DNA from: a virus
Taxonomy: Duplodnaviria > Caudoviricetes
Length of the DNA: 64,000 nucleotides
IMG/VR virus record: IMGVR_UViG_3300011116_001007
Direction: 5' to 3' (one strand)
Shown: piece after piece, positions 20,294 through 29,874 of the stretch
Layout: every line of letters begins with the position of its first letter
How positions within the stretch are numbered: the stretch's first letter is position 1
Made by a program: the position numbers and the translations under genes
Notes under the pieces: generated by a model
What the model was told of the DNA's origin: nothing
What the model saw: only the letters and a program-made list of their open reading frames with translations
The model's database searches: none

Positions 20294-20910
20294 AAAATCC
20301 TGACAAAGGTGCTGCGGATTCTGCAGCCTGGGATCGCAAATGGTCTCATGATCGCTATGTGACCAAACGCCGTGCTAGTTTTGAAATCGTTGATGCATAC
20401 TTGAATCAACCTGTTGGTAGATTGTTGGACATAGGCTGCGGATTTGCATATGACAGCAGATGGTTCAATCAAAAGTACGGCACAGAACTTTGGCTATTAG
20501 ATGGAGATGCCAGTACCAACGCTACCAAGCCAGAGTCGGCCAGCTATGGCAACTGGAACACCACCAGCAGTGAATTAAAGTTCTATCACACTTTTGAGTT
20601 CTTGGATGCAAAACTAAAAGATCTAGGCACAAAGAATTATCGCCTGGTTGATGCCAACAATATTTCTATACCCAATGACGTAAAGTTTGATGTCATAACC
20701 AGTTGGCTCAGCTGCGGACATCATTATCCAGTAAATACTTACAAGGAGTTGATGCGAAAACATTCACATGCCAACACTAGGATTGTGTTGGACATACGAT
20801 GCAAAGGCTCTGAAACCAATTTTGTCGGCGTGGATGGATTTGAAATTGTCAATGTGATATCCAACGCGGGTGGCAAGAAAAGAGCAACTGTGGAGATAAG
20901 ATTGTTATGA
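20284..20910 (+). CDS. class I SAM-dependent methyltransferase
   Basis: LLDIGCG, FDVI. Confidence 0.75.
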   Translation: MEIENPDKGAADSAAWDRKWSHDRYVTKRRASFEIVDAYLNQPVGRLLDIGCGFAYDSRWFNQKYGTELWLLDGDASTNATKPESASYGNWNTTSSELKFYHTFEFLDAKLKDLGTKNYRLVDANNISIPNDVKFDVITSWLSCGHHYPVNTYKELMRKHSHANTRIVLDIRCKGSETNFVGVDGFEIVNVISNAGGKKRATVEIRLL

Positions 20911-21578
20911 GTCCATACTACGAAGAATCTGTCAGACTAGGTACTGAGTTCCAACGGAACAACAAGAACTGGGCTGGATACGATGTGGTCAAATATCAAA
21001 AAAAAATTAAGCACTTGGTAGATCGTTACAAAGCCAAAACTATATTGGATTACGGTTGCGGCAAAGGACTACAATATCAGGAAAAATTACCATATGGCCA
21101 ACTGCCCGGTGATCCAATTCCGTTGGACCAATGGAAAACATTTGACGAATATCTTGGCGTTACAGTATATCCCTATGATCCATGTGTACCTGAACACAAT
21201 CAATTGCCTGATCCCAAAATCAAATTTGATGGTGTAATCTGCACACAAGTGCTCAACAGCATACCCGACGATGACATGCCATGGGTGCGGGATCTATTGC
21301 AACAGCATTCAGCTAAATTTTGTTTCATCGGAATAAACTTTCAACGTGAGGCCAAAAGCAAAAAAACCATGTATGATCCCGAGTATTTCCGCTTGCCGCG
21401 CACAAGAGAATTCTTCCGCAGCTACTACAACAACTGGTCCGGCAGTGATTTGTTCTGGTGGTGGAAGGATCGCCCTTACTATGCAGAATGGGCAGATGAT
21501 CAATTGTCGGGACAATGGCAAGACGTTCCTTCAGAGTTTGAAGGCAAATATAAGTATATAGAGGTCAATCACAGATGA
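20907..21578 (+). CDS. class I SAM-dependent methyltransferase
   Basis: ILDYGCGKG, YDP, FDGVICTQV. Confidence 0.8.
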   Translation: MSPYYEESVRLGTEFQRNNKNWAGYDVVKYQKKIKHLVDRYKAKTILDYGCGKGLQYQEKLPYGQLPGDPIPLDQWKTFDEYLGVTVYPYDPCVPEHNQLPDPKIKFDGVICTQVLNSIPDDDMPWVRDLLQQHSAKFCFIGINFQREAKSKKTMYDPEYFRLPRTREFFRSYYNNWSGSDLFWWWKDRPYYAEWADDQLSGQWQDVPSEFEGKYKYIEVNHR

Positions 21579-22135
21579 TAATCAATCAAGACTACAAAGA
21601 TCAATTAGCTACCATGCATGGTCAAGGCAGATTCAGAAGAGGTAGCAAAATACTATCCACCATAACTCCGTTCCTTAAACAATATCAACCCACAAGCGTA
21701 TTGGATTTTGGATGTGGGCATGGAGAACTAATTCGGAGTATTGCCGAGGCATACCCGGGTACAACAGTGGATGGATATGATCCAGGATCAGCTACACACA
21801 GTGAAATACCAGCAGAGTCATTTGATGCTGTGGTCAGCGCGGATGTATTTGAGCATATCGAGCCCGAGCATCTGGATCAAACATTGCAGTTGATTGGTCA
21901 AAAGATGCAGCGTGTGGGCTGGTTCCGTATTGCATGTTACCCAGCCAAAAAGGTGTTATTAGATGGGCGCAATGCTCATCTCATAGTGGAACAACCTGCG
22001 TGGTGGCGAGAAAAGCTGTTGAAAAACATGTCCATTGAAATTGTGCATGAAGATATCAGCGTGTTTGACAAAAGTTACAAATGGCCACATGTCAAAGGTT
22101 GCAACTACGACGTAACTGTGCTGCGAGTCAAATAA
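21575..22135 (+). CDS. class I SAM-dependent methyltransferase
   Basis: VLDFGCGHG, YDP, FDAVVSADVFEHI. Confidence 0.85.
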   Translation: MIINQDYKDQLATMHGQGRFRRGSKILSTITPFLKQYQPTSVLDFGCGHGELIRSIAEAYPGTTVDGYDPGSATHSEIPAESFDAVVSADVFEHIEPEHLDQTLQLIGQKMQRVGWFRIACYPAKKVLLDGRNAHLIVEQPAWWREKLLKNMSIEIVHEDISVFDKSYKWPHVKGCNYDVTVLRVK

Positions 22136-23052
22136 GGCAAGAACTTTTGATAGATGCGGCCTTTTCTAGCATCTTCATCGCTCCAGTGTGCCGCTGCCAG
22201 ATCATAGATCCATTGTTGCCGATCAAACTGTTCAGGTGATTCAATCTTGGCCATGTCCTTGTTGGCCACTGCCCAACTCACACAGCTGATATCATCCACA
22301 AAAATAGGTATTCCAGCACAGGCCGCTGCCACACTGGCACTGCTGTTGAAAAATACCGCAGCATGTGCTCTCAGAAGATTGTCAGTAAGTTTGGCAGCCA
22401 ATGGCTCTAGCACCTGCACACCCAAACGAGTTTGATAGTGTTTGGTTCTAAACTGTAAAAAATCTGTAGGTTTGTAAGCACCCGGATGCGGGCGTACCAA
22501 GATAGTACGGTCTGTGTATTTTCTTATTTCATCAATTTTTTGTTGTAGCCACACCAATGGATCTAGGGCTTTCATAGCAAACCCTCCATCACGTTGCATA
22601 CAGATCAATATGTGGCCGCCAGGATTGTTTTGTAGAGGTGCTAGTGAGATTCTCAGTGCTTGACTGATCTCTTGCCATTTAGTGCTGTCGCTGTTGTGAT
22701 TGGCGTATTCGGCTCGATCATAGAACGGCCCATCCAAACTGTAACGCAAGTAACTGCTGGCATTGTCTAGATATTTCCAACAACTGGCATCAATGCACAT
22801 GGTATGATTGTTCTGACGTCGTTGTTGAGCTATGATTTCTTTACGTAGTGCTATGTTGGCACCACCAGTGTTGGTAGTGGCCCAGCCCAACATCACTGCC
22901 AGGCGACTGGGGGTGTACCTGTGAGCAGTTTCTAATAGAACTGTATGCCCGCTGTTGGTCACACCAGCTGCAAAGCTCTCAAGACATTGTGTTTTTCTTG
23001 TGTGCTTTTGAAAGTTGGCCACACTGGAAACGTAAACTACTACATCAACCAT
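22105..23052 (-). CDS. KpsS/KpsC-like glycosyltransferase (paralog C)
   Basis: VRPHP, VFFNSSASVAAACAGIP, WIYDLAAAHW; start moved to 23052. Confidence 0.6.
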   Translation of the reverse strand: MVDVVVYVSSVANFQKHTRKTQCLESFAAGVTNSGHTVLLETAHRYTPSRLAVMLGWATTNTGGANIALRKEIIAQQRRQNNHTMCIDASCWKYLDNASSYLRYSLDGPFYDRAEYANHNSDSTKWQEISQALRISLAPLQNNPGGHILICMQRDGGFAMKALDPLVWLQQKIDEIRKYTDRTILVRPHPGAYKPTDFLQFRTKHYQTRLGVQVLEPLAAKLTDNLLRAHAAVFFNSSASVAAACAGIPIFVDDISCVSWAVANKDMAKIESPEQFDRQQWIYDLAAAHWSDEDARKGRIYQKFLPYLTRSTVTS

Positions 23053-24016
23053 CGTTGAGTATTCTCCAAGCAGTACCGTCACGCATTTCCGCTTCAGTAA
23101 ACTGACAGTAGGCCAGGTGTCTTGCCCAAGCAGAGATCTCGTCGAGACTGGGACGTTTGATTGTTTCTATTTCAGCAATACTGGTACTGCAAACTGCTGC
23201 TGCTGCATTAGGTCCTAGTGTGATTGCAGGTTTGCCAAACAAGATGGCTTCGCCTGCTGCAATACTGCTGTAGGTGATCAGGCAGTACACGTCTTGACTC
23301 AAGGCCATCTCTATGGTATCATCGTTTATACGAGTGCTACGTCCTTGCTTGCGACGAATAACCACTTCGCGATCAGTATGAGCACTAATTTCTGCTAGTG
23401 TTTGATTGAGCCAAGTTTCCAAATCAATATCATACAAATTTAATAGTTTTTGGCTAGGCGGCGCCAGTAGTATTTTACTGCCTTCGGCACGTACTTTTTT
23501 CAAACTGATACCAGTTCGATCCAGTCGGTCTGACGGTCGTTCTCTCACAGGGCCAAAGTTCTGCACATCGTTGCGTGTGATGCGATGATAGTTTTTCTTT
23601 TTTCCGTTGCCAAAATAACCAGTGTCGATGTAATAAAAATCTCTGCCATTGGCACGGCAAGTGTCCATTTGTTTGCGTTTGGTTATTCCGCGCAGCACTA
23701 CAGGTGTCTGTGTATTTTCTTCTTTTGCCCAGGTGCTGATTTGGCCGCCAGCGCCCTGAACAAAACTTTGTAATGTGGGATCATACATATGACCTTTCCT
23801 TTCATATCTGTACTCGCTGTCCAACGCCACTATGCGATCAACTGGCAATTCTGCAATTTGCTGCATGAGACTTTGCTGTGTTACTCCGTAATACAATCCT
23901 GCAGGATCCACACGATATTTCAATATGTCATCAAACAGTTTTCTTATTTCTGGAACAACCATGTCTAATGCATGGGCGTCTGGCAGCGGCAGTGATTCCA
24001 ATTCTTCTTGATCCAT
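23045..24016 (-). CDS. KpsS/KpsC-like glycosyltransferase (paralog D)
   Basis: YIDTGY, LITYSSIAAGEAILFGKP, WARHLAYCQF; TAATG coupling gives start 24016. Confidence 0.6.
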   Translation of the reverse strand: MDQEELESLPLPDAHALDMVVPEIRKLFDDILKYRVDPAGLYYGVTQQSLMQQIAELPVDRIVALDSEYRYERKGHMYDPTLQSFVQGAGGQISTWAKEENTQTPVVLRGITKRKQMDTCRANGRDFYYIDTGYFGNGKKKNYHRITRNDVQNFGPVRERPSDRLDRTGISLKKVRAEGSKILLAPPSQKLLNLYDIDLETWLNQTLAEISAHTDREVVIRRKQGRSTRINDDTIEMALSQDVYCLITYSSIAAGEAILFGKPAITLGPNAAAAVCSTSIAEIETIKRPSLDEISAWARHLAYCQFTEAEMRDGTAWRILNDG

Positions 24017-24702
24017 TATTGATCTGTCCTTTGCTGGCAATGTTCTGTGAGGGCACGTTCTGCATGCCAGTGTTCATTCATCGGAGTATGTTTGAATTCA
24101 TCAAAGCATGGTGTGCCCAGTGTGTAATGCAACAGTTTGGCATTGGGATTGGCACCGTATTCGTCTGGCAACCAGTTCCATTCGGGAGGCAGCTCTCCCA
24201 GTCGGCTGTCCTCTATCCAAGAGAATCGATGCAAGAAAGCACCTGTTGATTTTTGTACAAATTCAGGATTCAGCTGTCTGTTGCGTATGGCATTGCAATT
24301 CCATAATATCACACTAGACCAGTTTTTGCGTGGATAATCTTCGTTTGGGCTGCCTAGATATTTTTCTTTCATTCGCGTCTTGTAGTCGTGTTTGACTACC
24401 ATGGCATCTTTGGTGTACTGTCTGAGATCCCAGAGTTCAGCAATATCCCCACGCACAATCATGTCGCCATCAATGAAGATTGCCCAGCCTTGATATTCCA
24501 TCAAATACGGTACTAGAAATCTTGTGTAGATAAAATGGTTTGACCCGTCGGTGTGTGTTTCAGCATAGTCTCGGAACAAATTCAGCGCCACCGGTACAAT
24601 GGCCACTGGGCGACTGCTGTTGCGTATGATTGAATTCACACAGGTATGATAAGCTATGGCTTCTCTAGGATCGTATCCTACAAAAATAGGAATTGGTTTC
24701 AT
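24016..24702 (-). CDS. GT8-like glycosyltransferase
   Basis: FVGYDPRE, FIDGDM, KNWSSV, LLHYTLGTP. Confidence 0.8.
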   Translation of the reverse strand: MKPIPIFVGYDPREAIAYHTCVNSIIRNSSRPVAIVPVALNLFRDYAETHTDGSNHFIYTRFLVPYLMEYQGWAIFIDGDMIVRGDIAELWDLRQYTKDAMVVKHDYKTRMKEKYLGSPNEDYPRKNWSSVILWNCNAIRNRQLNPEFVQKSTGAFLHRFSWIEDSRLGELPPEWNWLPDEYGANPNAKLLHYTLGTPCFDEFKHTPMNEHWHAERALTEHCQQRTDQ

Positions 24703-25037
24703 AATCTTGTGATGTCCTCTTCTACACAATTGTCTCCGTACTGTATTTCGATCAATCGCAGTGGTTGGTCAGTCTCATTGCACAGTTGGTGCCATTCGTT
24801 TAGACCAATCCAGCTGTGTTGATGTTTTGTCAATTGATCTTTGATGTCTCGATCAGTGCTGGAATCCAGTGTGTATACTGTGGCTTCGCCCTCGGCCACA
24901 AACCAAAATTCTGCTCGTTGGGCATGACGTTGCATGCTCAAACATGTTTTGGGCATGACTGTGAGTTCTTTGACTTTGGTGTGTGTGCCCACTTCGTGCA
25001 GCACATGATAATATCCCCAGGTTCTTTCAGTTTTCAT
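24699..25037 (-). CDS. ManC/mannose-6-phosphate isomerase C-terminal cupin
   Basis: ERTWGYY, LSMQRH..RAEFW, WHQLCN, IEIQYG..EEDI. Confidence 0.85.
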   Translation of the reverse strand: MKTERTWGYYHVLHEVGTHTKVKELTVMPKTCLSMQRHAQRAEFWFVAEGEATVYTLDSSTDRDIKDQLTKHQHSWIGLNEWHQLCNETDQPLRLIEIQYGDNCVEEDITRL

Positions 25038-25042
25038 GAAGA

Positions 25043-25050
25043 TATTTATA
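25043..25050 (-). promoter_or_regulatory. late promoter of the minus-strand glycan operon
   Basis: Perfect TATAAATA, 5 nt before ATG 25037. Confidence 0.7.
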
Positions 25051-25058
25051 GGCGTAGA

Positions 25059-25511
25059 TTACACCTGGATATCTTCCATGCCTGCAGTTCTTAGACGGAC
25101 CACATGCCCCATCTGCCATTGCTTGGTATCTAGGCCTTTCATGATGCCCAGCCAGCGATTGCGTAGGTATGCCACTTCATTGATGATGGTTTCGTAATCA
25201 ATCACTTCATCTTCGCCTTCCACATACTTTTCTGCATCTCTACTGGTCAAGGCACGGGCATAGCCTTCTAGATACTTTTGAAAATGCTTCCTGCGTATTT
25301 TACGTAGTTGTATGTTGAGATAGTTCAACACAGCTTCAATTTCTTGCAGCTGGTTGAACCGTTGTTCGGTAATGCCCGGCAGCGCAGTGATGTTTTTTTC
25401 TACTACTCCGCCAATCTTGCAGTCTTTCTTGGCATCCTCAAGCTCACGCTCGTAGTGACTGATAAAGTCTGGAATAGCAGTCAAGCTGGCTGTTACGCGA
25501 CTGTACCACAT
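25059..25511 (-). CDS. uvsY: recombination mediator UvsY
   Basis: Helical 150 aa, YVEGEDEV, KQWQMGHVVRLRTAG; next to uvsX. Confidence 0.8.
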   Translation of the reverse strand: MWYSRVTASLTAIPDFISHYERELEDAKKDCKIGGVVEKNITALPGITEQRFNQLQEIEAVLNYLNIQLRKIRRKHFQKYLEGYARALTSRDAEKYVEGEDEVIDYETIINEVAYLRNRWLGIMKGLDTKQWQMGHVVRLRTAGMEDIQV

Positions 25512-25777
25512 TAATTTTCCCAGTCGTCTTCGTGATAATCCTCTTCTTCTTCAACTTCGTCCTCTTCTGCATAATCCTTGTCGTCGTCAAGGTAAACTGT
25601 GAGAGCACGTTTGATATCGGGTTCACCTTTGAAAGTGTCTTTGATATCATCAACATCACAGTCGTTGTCAATCAAGATGGCCACCACTGTTTCGGCTGCT
25701 TCATCTCGATCCACTGTGTTTACGTAACGTTTGAGTTCGCTCCAGATCTCACTGGCCACTGCTACTGCTTCATTCAT
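25511..25777 (-). CDS. hypothetical protein with acidic tail
   Basis: Coupled between uvsX and uvsY. Confidence 0.7.
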   Translation of the reverse strand: MNEAVAVASEIWSELKRYVNTVDRDEAAETVVAILIDNDCDVDDIKDTFKGEPDIKRALTVYLDDDKDYAEEDEVEEEEDYHEDDWEN

Positions 25778-26829
25778 TCTGCTGTCTCCTCGATGGTACT
25801 TACCTCTTCTTTATGATTTCCAAAGTCTTTCATTGCACGATCCAAACAGCCTTCCTCGTTGGCTTCCCACTTCTTGCGGAACTTCTTGATGATCTCACCA
25901 TCGCTGGTCACAAACACCAGGCTGTTGCCTTCTTTCTTTAGCAGACTGCGTTTTTCCATGAGATCTACCATGCCGCTGTAAGGACTCATACCTGTTTCAT
26001 AAGGAATCTTGACCTGTACACCTTCAAAGGGTTTTGAGTAACGTGTTTTCATAACCTTACAGGCAGCACGGATGCCCATGACGTCTGTGATCTTGTTGCC
26101 ATCCTCGTCCTCTTTGAGTTTGAGTTTTTTCATGGCCACAACAATTGAACTGGCGTAGATGAATCCTTGTCCACCAGAGATTTTATCATCTGGGTCAAAC
26201 ATATCTTGCGAAGCGTATGTGTGATTGGTACACACCAGGCCCACATTGTAACTGCCAAACATGTTGACACAATTACGTACAAGACTGGTAAGTGCTTTGG
26301 GCTTACGACCCAGATCACCTTTCATCTCGCCTGCATCAAACTGATTCACGTCAGTGGGGGTAAGCAACATGCCCAGGCTGTCAATCACAAACATCACTTT
26401 GGGACGCTCACCATCGGGTAAGGCCTTGTAGTCGCTCATGAATGTGCTGATTGTTTTGGCCACATCGTCGATCATGGCCATGCTCAATTTGAGCAATTTG
26501 TCTTGGCCGGTATCCACACCCAGTGCCTTGAGCCAGTCTTCGTCTAGTGCATTTTCGCTGTCAATCAACACCACATAGATACCCTGTGCTTGGGCGTTCT
26601 TGATGATGTTACCTGAACAGATATAACTTTTGCCTGCGCCGGATTCACCAGCAAACACAGTGACCTTGCCTAGAGGAATACCTCGATTGAAGTCACCAGA
26701 TATTAAATAATTTAAGGCATAGTTGCCTGTACTGATCCAGTCTGTGGGATCGTTGAAGCCGATTGAAAGACCTTCAATGCTTTTGGTTATTTCCTTGCGG
26801 AACTTGCTTACGTCAAATGGTTTTGCCAT
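25774..26829 (-). CDS. uvsX: RecA-like recombinase UvsX
   Basis: AGESGAGKS, IDSENA, VIDSLG, SGGQG. Confidence 0.95.
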   Translation of the reverse strand: MAKPFDVSKFRKEITKSIEGLSIGFNDPTDWISTGNYALNYLISGDFNRGIPLGKVTVFAGESGAGKSYICSGNIIKNAQAQGIYVVLIDSENALDEDWLKALGVDTGQDKLLKLSMAMIDDVAKTISTFMSDYKALPDGERPKVMFVIDSLGMLLTPTDVNQFDAGEMKGDLGRKPKALTSLVRNCVNMFGSYNVGLVCTNHTYASQDMFDPDDKISGGQGFIYASSIVVAMKKLKLKEDEDGNKITDVMGIRAACKVMKTRYSKPFEGVQVKIPYETGMSPYSGMVDLMEKRSLLKKEGNSLVFVTSDGEIIKKFRKKWEANEEGCLDRAMKDFGNHKEEVSTIEETAE

Positions 26830-26842
26830 GGTGTTTCCTTAG

Positions 26843-27805
26843 TTAATTTGTATGTAATTTTATATATGCTGTGTAATATGTTGACAATAATGTTTGATTA
26901 AAATCATCATATCCTAACCAACTATACAATTCTTTCATCTGTGTTAAAAATTTATCTTTATCAAAATATGTGTTATCAACATCTACATTAAAAATTGGTG
27001 CAGAAATTTTGTGCCACGGATAGAACAATTTTATCTCATTTATTATGTCATCACTTATTGTAACACATTTTGCAATTTTGTCAATATTATAATGGTTTTT
27101 TTCAAATATTTCCCAATCTGGCCAATCGTCGCCTTTGAGGAAATTGTATTTCTCTCTGCACTCATTGCCACATATAGACGACATGGTTGGGACTGTTTTA
27201 TTTGTGGTTTTTTTTAAAAATGCAATTGAAAGAAATTTTTCAAAATTAATCAGTCGTACTATTTTAGAATTTGGCCAATAAGAAAGATAGTTCATCAACC
27301 CAGAAGAAGTACGATTCTCAGCAAAAAAATCCAAGTTTTTATCTATCAATTTGCTTATTCTTTGCTGTACTTTATCACTGGCCTTATCAAATTTGCTTAT
27401 TCTTTGCTGCACTCTATCACTAGCCTTATCAACATCAACAATGACCCGCTGAGTGTGTGCATTGTGTATTTTGTCAAATGCCACAAGTTGGCTGTCTATG
27501 AATACCCGTTGGGTATTCGTAGCTGCAATTGTATCTTTTCCTGTGCGGATGCTGGCAAAACCATAAAATTCATCTGTGTCACATTCATATGATAACCATT
27601 CCGTCATTGCATCTTTTGCTGGCAATGTCTCTAACACTTTTTTTAATCTGTAGTCATAATCAGCCGGATGTTCTAATAGATAATTGCATGCAGCAACATC
27701 TAGCGGAACACAGTGCTTGCTTAACGCTAGGCAATTCATAATAAACTTGCCGCCAGAGTACCGAGGGTACCACACAATAATTAAATTATCAGCATTAAAA
27801 TCCAT
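26843..27805 (-). CDS. hypothetical protein, AT-rich insert (possible sulfotransferase-like N-terminal loop)
   Basis: 320 aa; WYPRYSGGKF near the N-terminus; internal 14-aa duplication; YNFLKGDDWPDW motif. Confidence 0.7.
   Translation of the reverse strand: MDFNADNLIIVWYPRYSGGKFIMNCLALSKHCVPLDVAACNYLLEHPADYDYRLKKVLETLPAKDAMTEWLSYECDTDEFYGFASIRTGKDTIAATNTQRVFIDSQLVAFDKIHNAHTQRVIVDVDKASDRVQQRISKFDKASDKVQQRISKLIDKNLDFFAENRTSSGLMNYLSYWPNSKIVRLINFEKFLSIAFLKKTTNKTVPTMSSICGNECREKYNFLKGDDWPDWEIFEKNHYNIDKIAKCVTISDDIINEIKLFYPWHKISAPIFNVDVDNTYFDKDKFLTQMKELYSWLGYDDFNQTLLSTYYTAYIKLHTN
27348..27431. repeat. 42-bp tandem duplication (2 copies, 3 mismatches) inside the CDS
   Basis: aatttgcttattctttgctg(t/c)act(t/c)tatcact(g/a)gccttatca x2. 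Confidence 0.9.
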
Positions 27806-27809
27806 TGTC

Positions 27810-28697
27810 TCATTTCATTGTCAATGTAGGATTATAACCAAACACTTCTATACATTCTTTTTTGATGTGGTCTGGCAAATTTACAAAATCTTTTTCATAT
27901 TCGCAGTCTGGCCAACTTGGATCTCGGACTTGTTCATAAAATGTTATCCACTTGGTCAATGGTCCGGTGCTTGAAAGTTTTGTAACTCTAGCCTTCCGAG
28001 ATATAAAATTTTTTGAGCTTTTAGGCAAAATATTGTTTATCAAATTTTTGTGATTTTTATAAAAATAATTTCCGTACAATTCGTATTCTGACAAACGATA
28101 GTTGGGATTCCTATCAGGACTCACATCTGCATCAATTAGTAAACTGCTAGACATTATGTCAATCCAGGATTTTTTATGTTTATTTTCTATTTCATCTCTG
28201 AGGTTTTTTAAAATCTCAGTAGAAAAAATCATGACTTCGGATACAAACGACTCATCTTCATTATATTCAAAATTTAAATCCAATAGAAATTTATTAAAAT
28301 TGTTGTAGAAAAATTTTGCTTCGGGCAAGATGACTGTTGTATAGACATCAACAGTGTTCTGATGTATAAATTTTGTAGGGCCTGTGAATAACACATCTCC
28401 GTCAACTATTAATGCATTTCCATCAATATACTTGTCGACATGTAGTTTAAAAAACTGTTGTTTGTACCAATTGTGATTGTATAAATTCCTATATTGAAAT
28501 TTAGGATCTAGTAGGTTCCAAAAATCACGATCTTTGATAGTGGTGCAACCGTCTTTTTTTATTGTTGTATTTGTTACAATGTTTATTGAAAGTATTGTAT
28601 CAATCACATGAGTTCTAATAGAATCCAAACACTCGTCAAGATATGGTGCATATTCAGCACAGGAAAATAAAAAAATGTGAATTCCGTCGCCGCCCAT
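27810..28697 (-). CDS. GT-A-like (DUF6492-like) protein
   Basis: WYKQQFFKL, IVDGDV, LSEYELYGNY; C-terminal YEQVRDPSWPDC module. Confidence 0.6.
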   Translation of the reverse strand: MGGDGIHIFLFSCAEYAPYLDECLDSIRTHVIDTILSINIVTNTTIKKDGCTTIKDRDFWNLLDPKFQYRNLYNHNWYKQQFFKLHVDKYIDGNALIVDGDVLFTGPTKFIHQNTVDVYTTVILPEAKFFYNNFNKFLLDLNFEYNEDESFVSEVMIFSTEILKNLRDEIENKHKKSWIDIMSSSLLIDADVSPDRNPNYRLSEYELYGNYFYKNHKNLINNILPKSSKNFISRKARVTKLSSTGPLTKWITFYEQVRDPSWPDCEYEKDFVNLPDHIKKECIEVFGYNPTLTMK

Positions 28698-28713
28698 AAT
28701 AATTTAGAGTTTA

Positions 28714-28738
28714 CAATGGGGAGAAATTCTCCCCATTG
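28714..28738. terminator. 11-bp hairpin after gp32
   Basis: CAATGGGGAGA-AAT-TCTCCCCATTG; poor U-tract. Confidence 0.5.
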
Positions 28739-28743
28739 CGTTA

Positions 28744-29733
28744 TTACTTGTTCTGGCGACTACGGATCATGGCCAAGATGTCCTGTGTTTTGCTGTCACC
28801 AGCAGGTTTGGCCACCGGAGCAGATGCCTCTGCTGGTTCGTCATCAAAGTTGTCTGCTGGTGCTGCTTTGCTTGGTGCTGCCACCCGCAATGCAGGCTTG
28901 GCAACGTCTTCGTCTGCGTCTGCAGGTGCTGCTGCACCGCCAGGAGCATTCACACCAGCAGGGCGGAAGTATTGGCCCCAACGCTCTGTGTCGTAAGGCT
29001 GTCCATCTACTGATGCTTCAAACATTTCTTTCATGACCTTGAGTTCCACATCTGTGGGTTTCTTGGGCAAGAATGAGCTCAAGTCAAACAAGCCATGTGC
29101 TTCCACTGCTGCTTGTTCTGCGTCAGTCAGTGCTGACTCTTTTCTAGCCCACTTGCTGCTGTTGTAGTCAGCAAAGCCACCTTTTTGTGTTTTGCTGATA
29201 CGGAAGTCCAGACCGCGCATCATGTCAGTTGGCAATTCTTCCAACTCAGGATCCATCAACGCACCCTTGATCAAGGTGAACAGTTGAGGTCCAATGATGA
29301 AACGTCGGATGGGATTGTCCGGTGTCTTGTCGTCTGCAATGGGATTCTCACGAACAAATCCTTGAAAGATGTAACTGCGTTTCTTCCAGTACTTACGACC
29401 CATGTCCTCAAGGCTCTTGTCCTTGAACCAGGTACGCACTTCTGCCAAGATTGGACAAGTTTCGCCCCACATCTCAACACAAGGTACTTGTACCATGACT
29501 TGTTTTGAGTCCATCTCTCCTTTGATGCCATTGAATGGCAGTCGGATCATGGCTCGTTCTGCCCAGAAGAATGTGTTTTTTGTGTTGCCGTCGGGCAAAA
29601 AGCGCAAAGTGGCTGATTGACCTTCTTCCATGTTCCAATGCGGGTAAATGGATTTGTCACCGCCTCCGGTGGATTGCCCACCTTTGTTTTCTGCTGCCTG
29701 TAGTCGTGCTCGAATTTCTGCTAAAGATGCCAT
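28744..29733 (-). CDS. gp32: single-stranded DNA-binding protein (T4 gp32-like)
   Basis: LRFLPD, CPIL, YWKKRSY, GLDFRI, YNSSKW; acidic/Ala-rich tail. Confidence 0.9.
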   Translation of the reverse strand: MASLAEIRARLQAAENKGGQSTGGGDKSIYPHWNMEEGQSATLRFLPDGNTKNTFFWAERAMIRLPFNGIKGEMDSKQVMVQVPCVEMWGETCPILAEVRTWFKDKSLEDMGRKYWKKRSYIFQGFVRENPIADDKTPDNPIRRFIIGPQLFTLIKGALMDPELEELPTDMMRGLDFRISKTQKGGFADYNSSKWARKESALTDAEQAAVEAHGLFDLSSFLPKKPTDVELKVMKEMFEASVDGQPYDTERWGQYFRPAGVNAPGGAAAPADADEDVAKPALRVAAPSKAAPADNFDDEPAEASAPVAKPAGDSKTQDILAMIRSRQNK

Positions 29734-29834
29734 AGTTTTTTCTCCTATAAAGTTGCCTATGTATGTTGCCTATCTAATGTTAGTTAGATCTAATGTTGCC
29801 TGTGCCACAAAAGAAAAAGCGCAAACACTGTAGT

Positions 29835-29863
29835 AGTATATGCGCTTTCTGTCTACGTGTCAA
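29835..29863 (-). promoter_or_regulatory. sigma70-type promoter of gp32 (late CATAAATA just upstream at 29867-29874)
   Basis: TTGACA-17-TATACT. Confidence 0.8.
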
Positions 29864-29874
29864 TGTTATTTATG

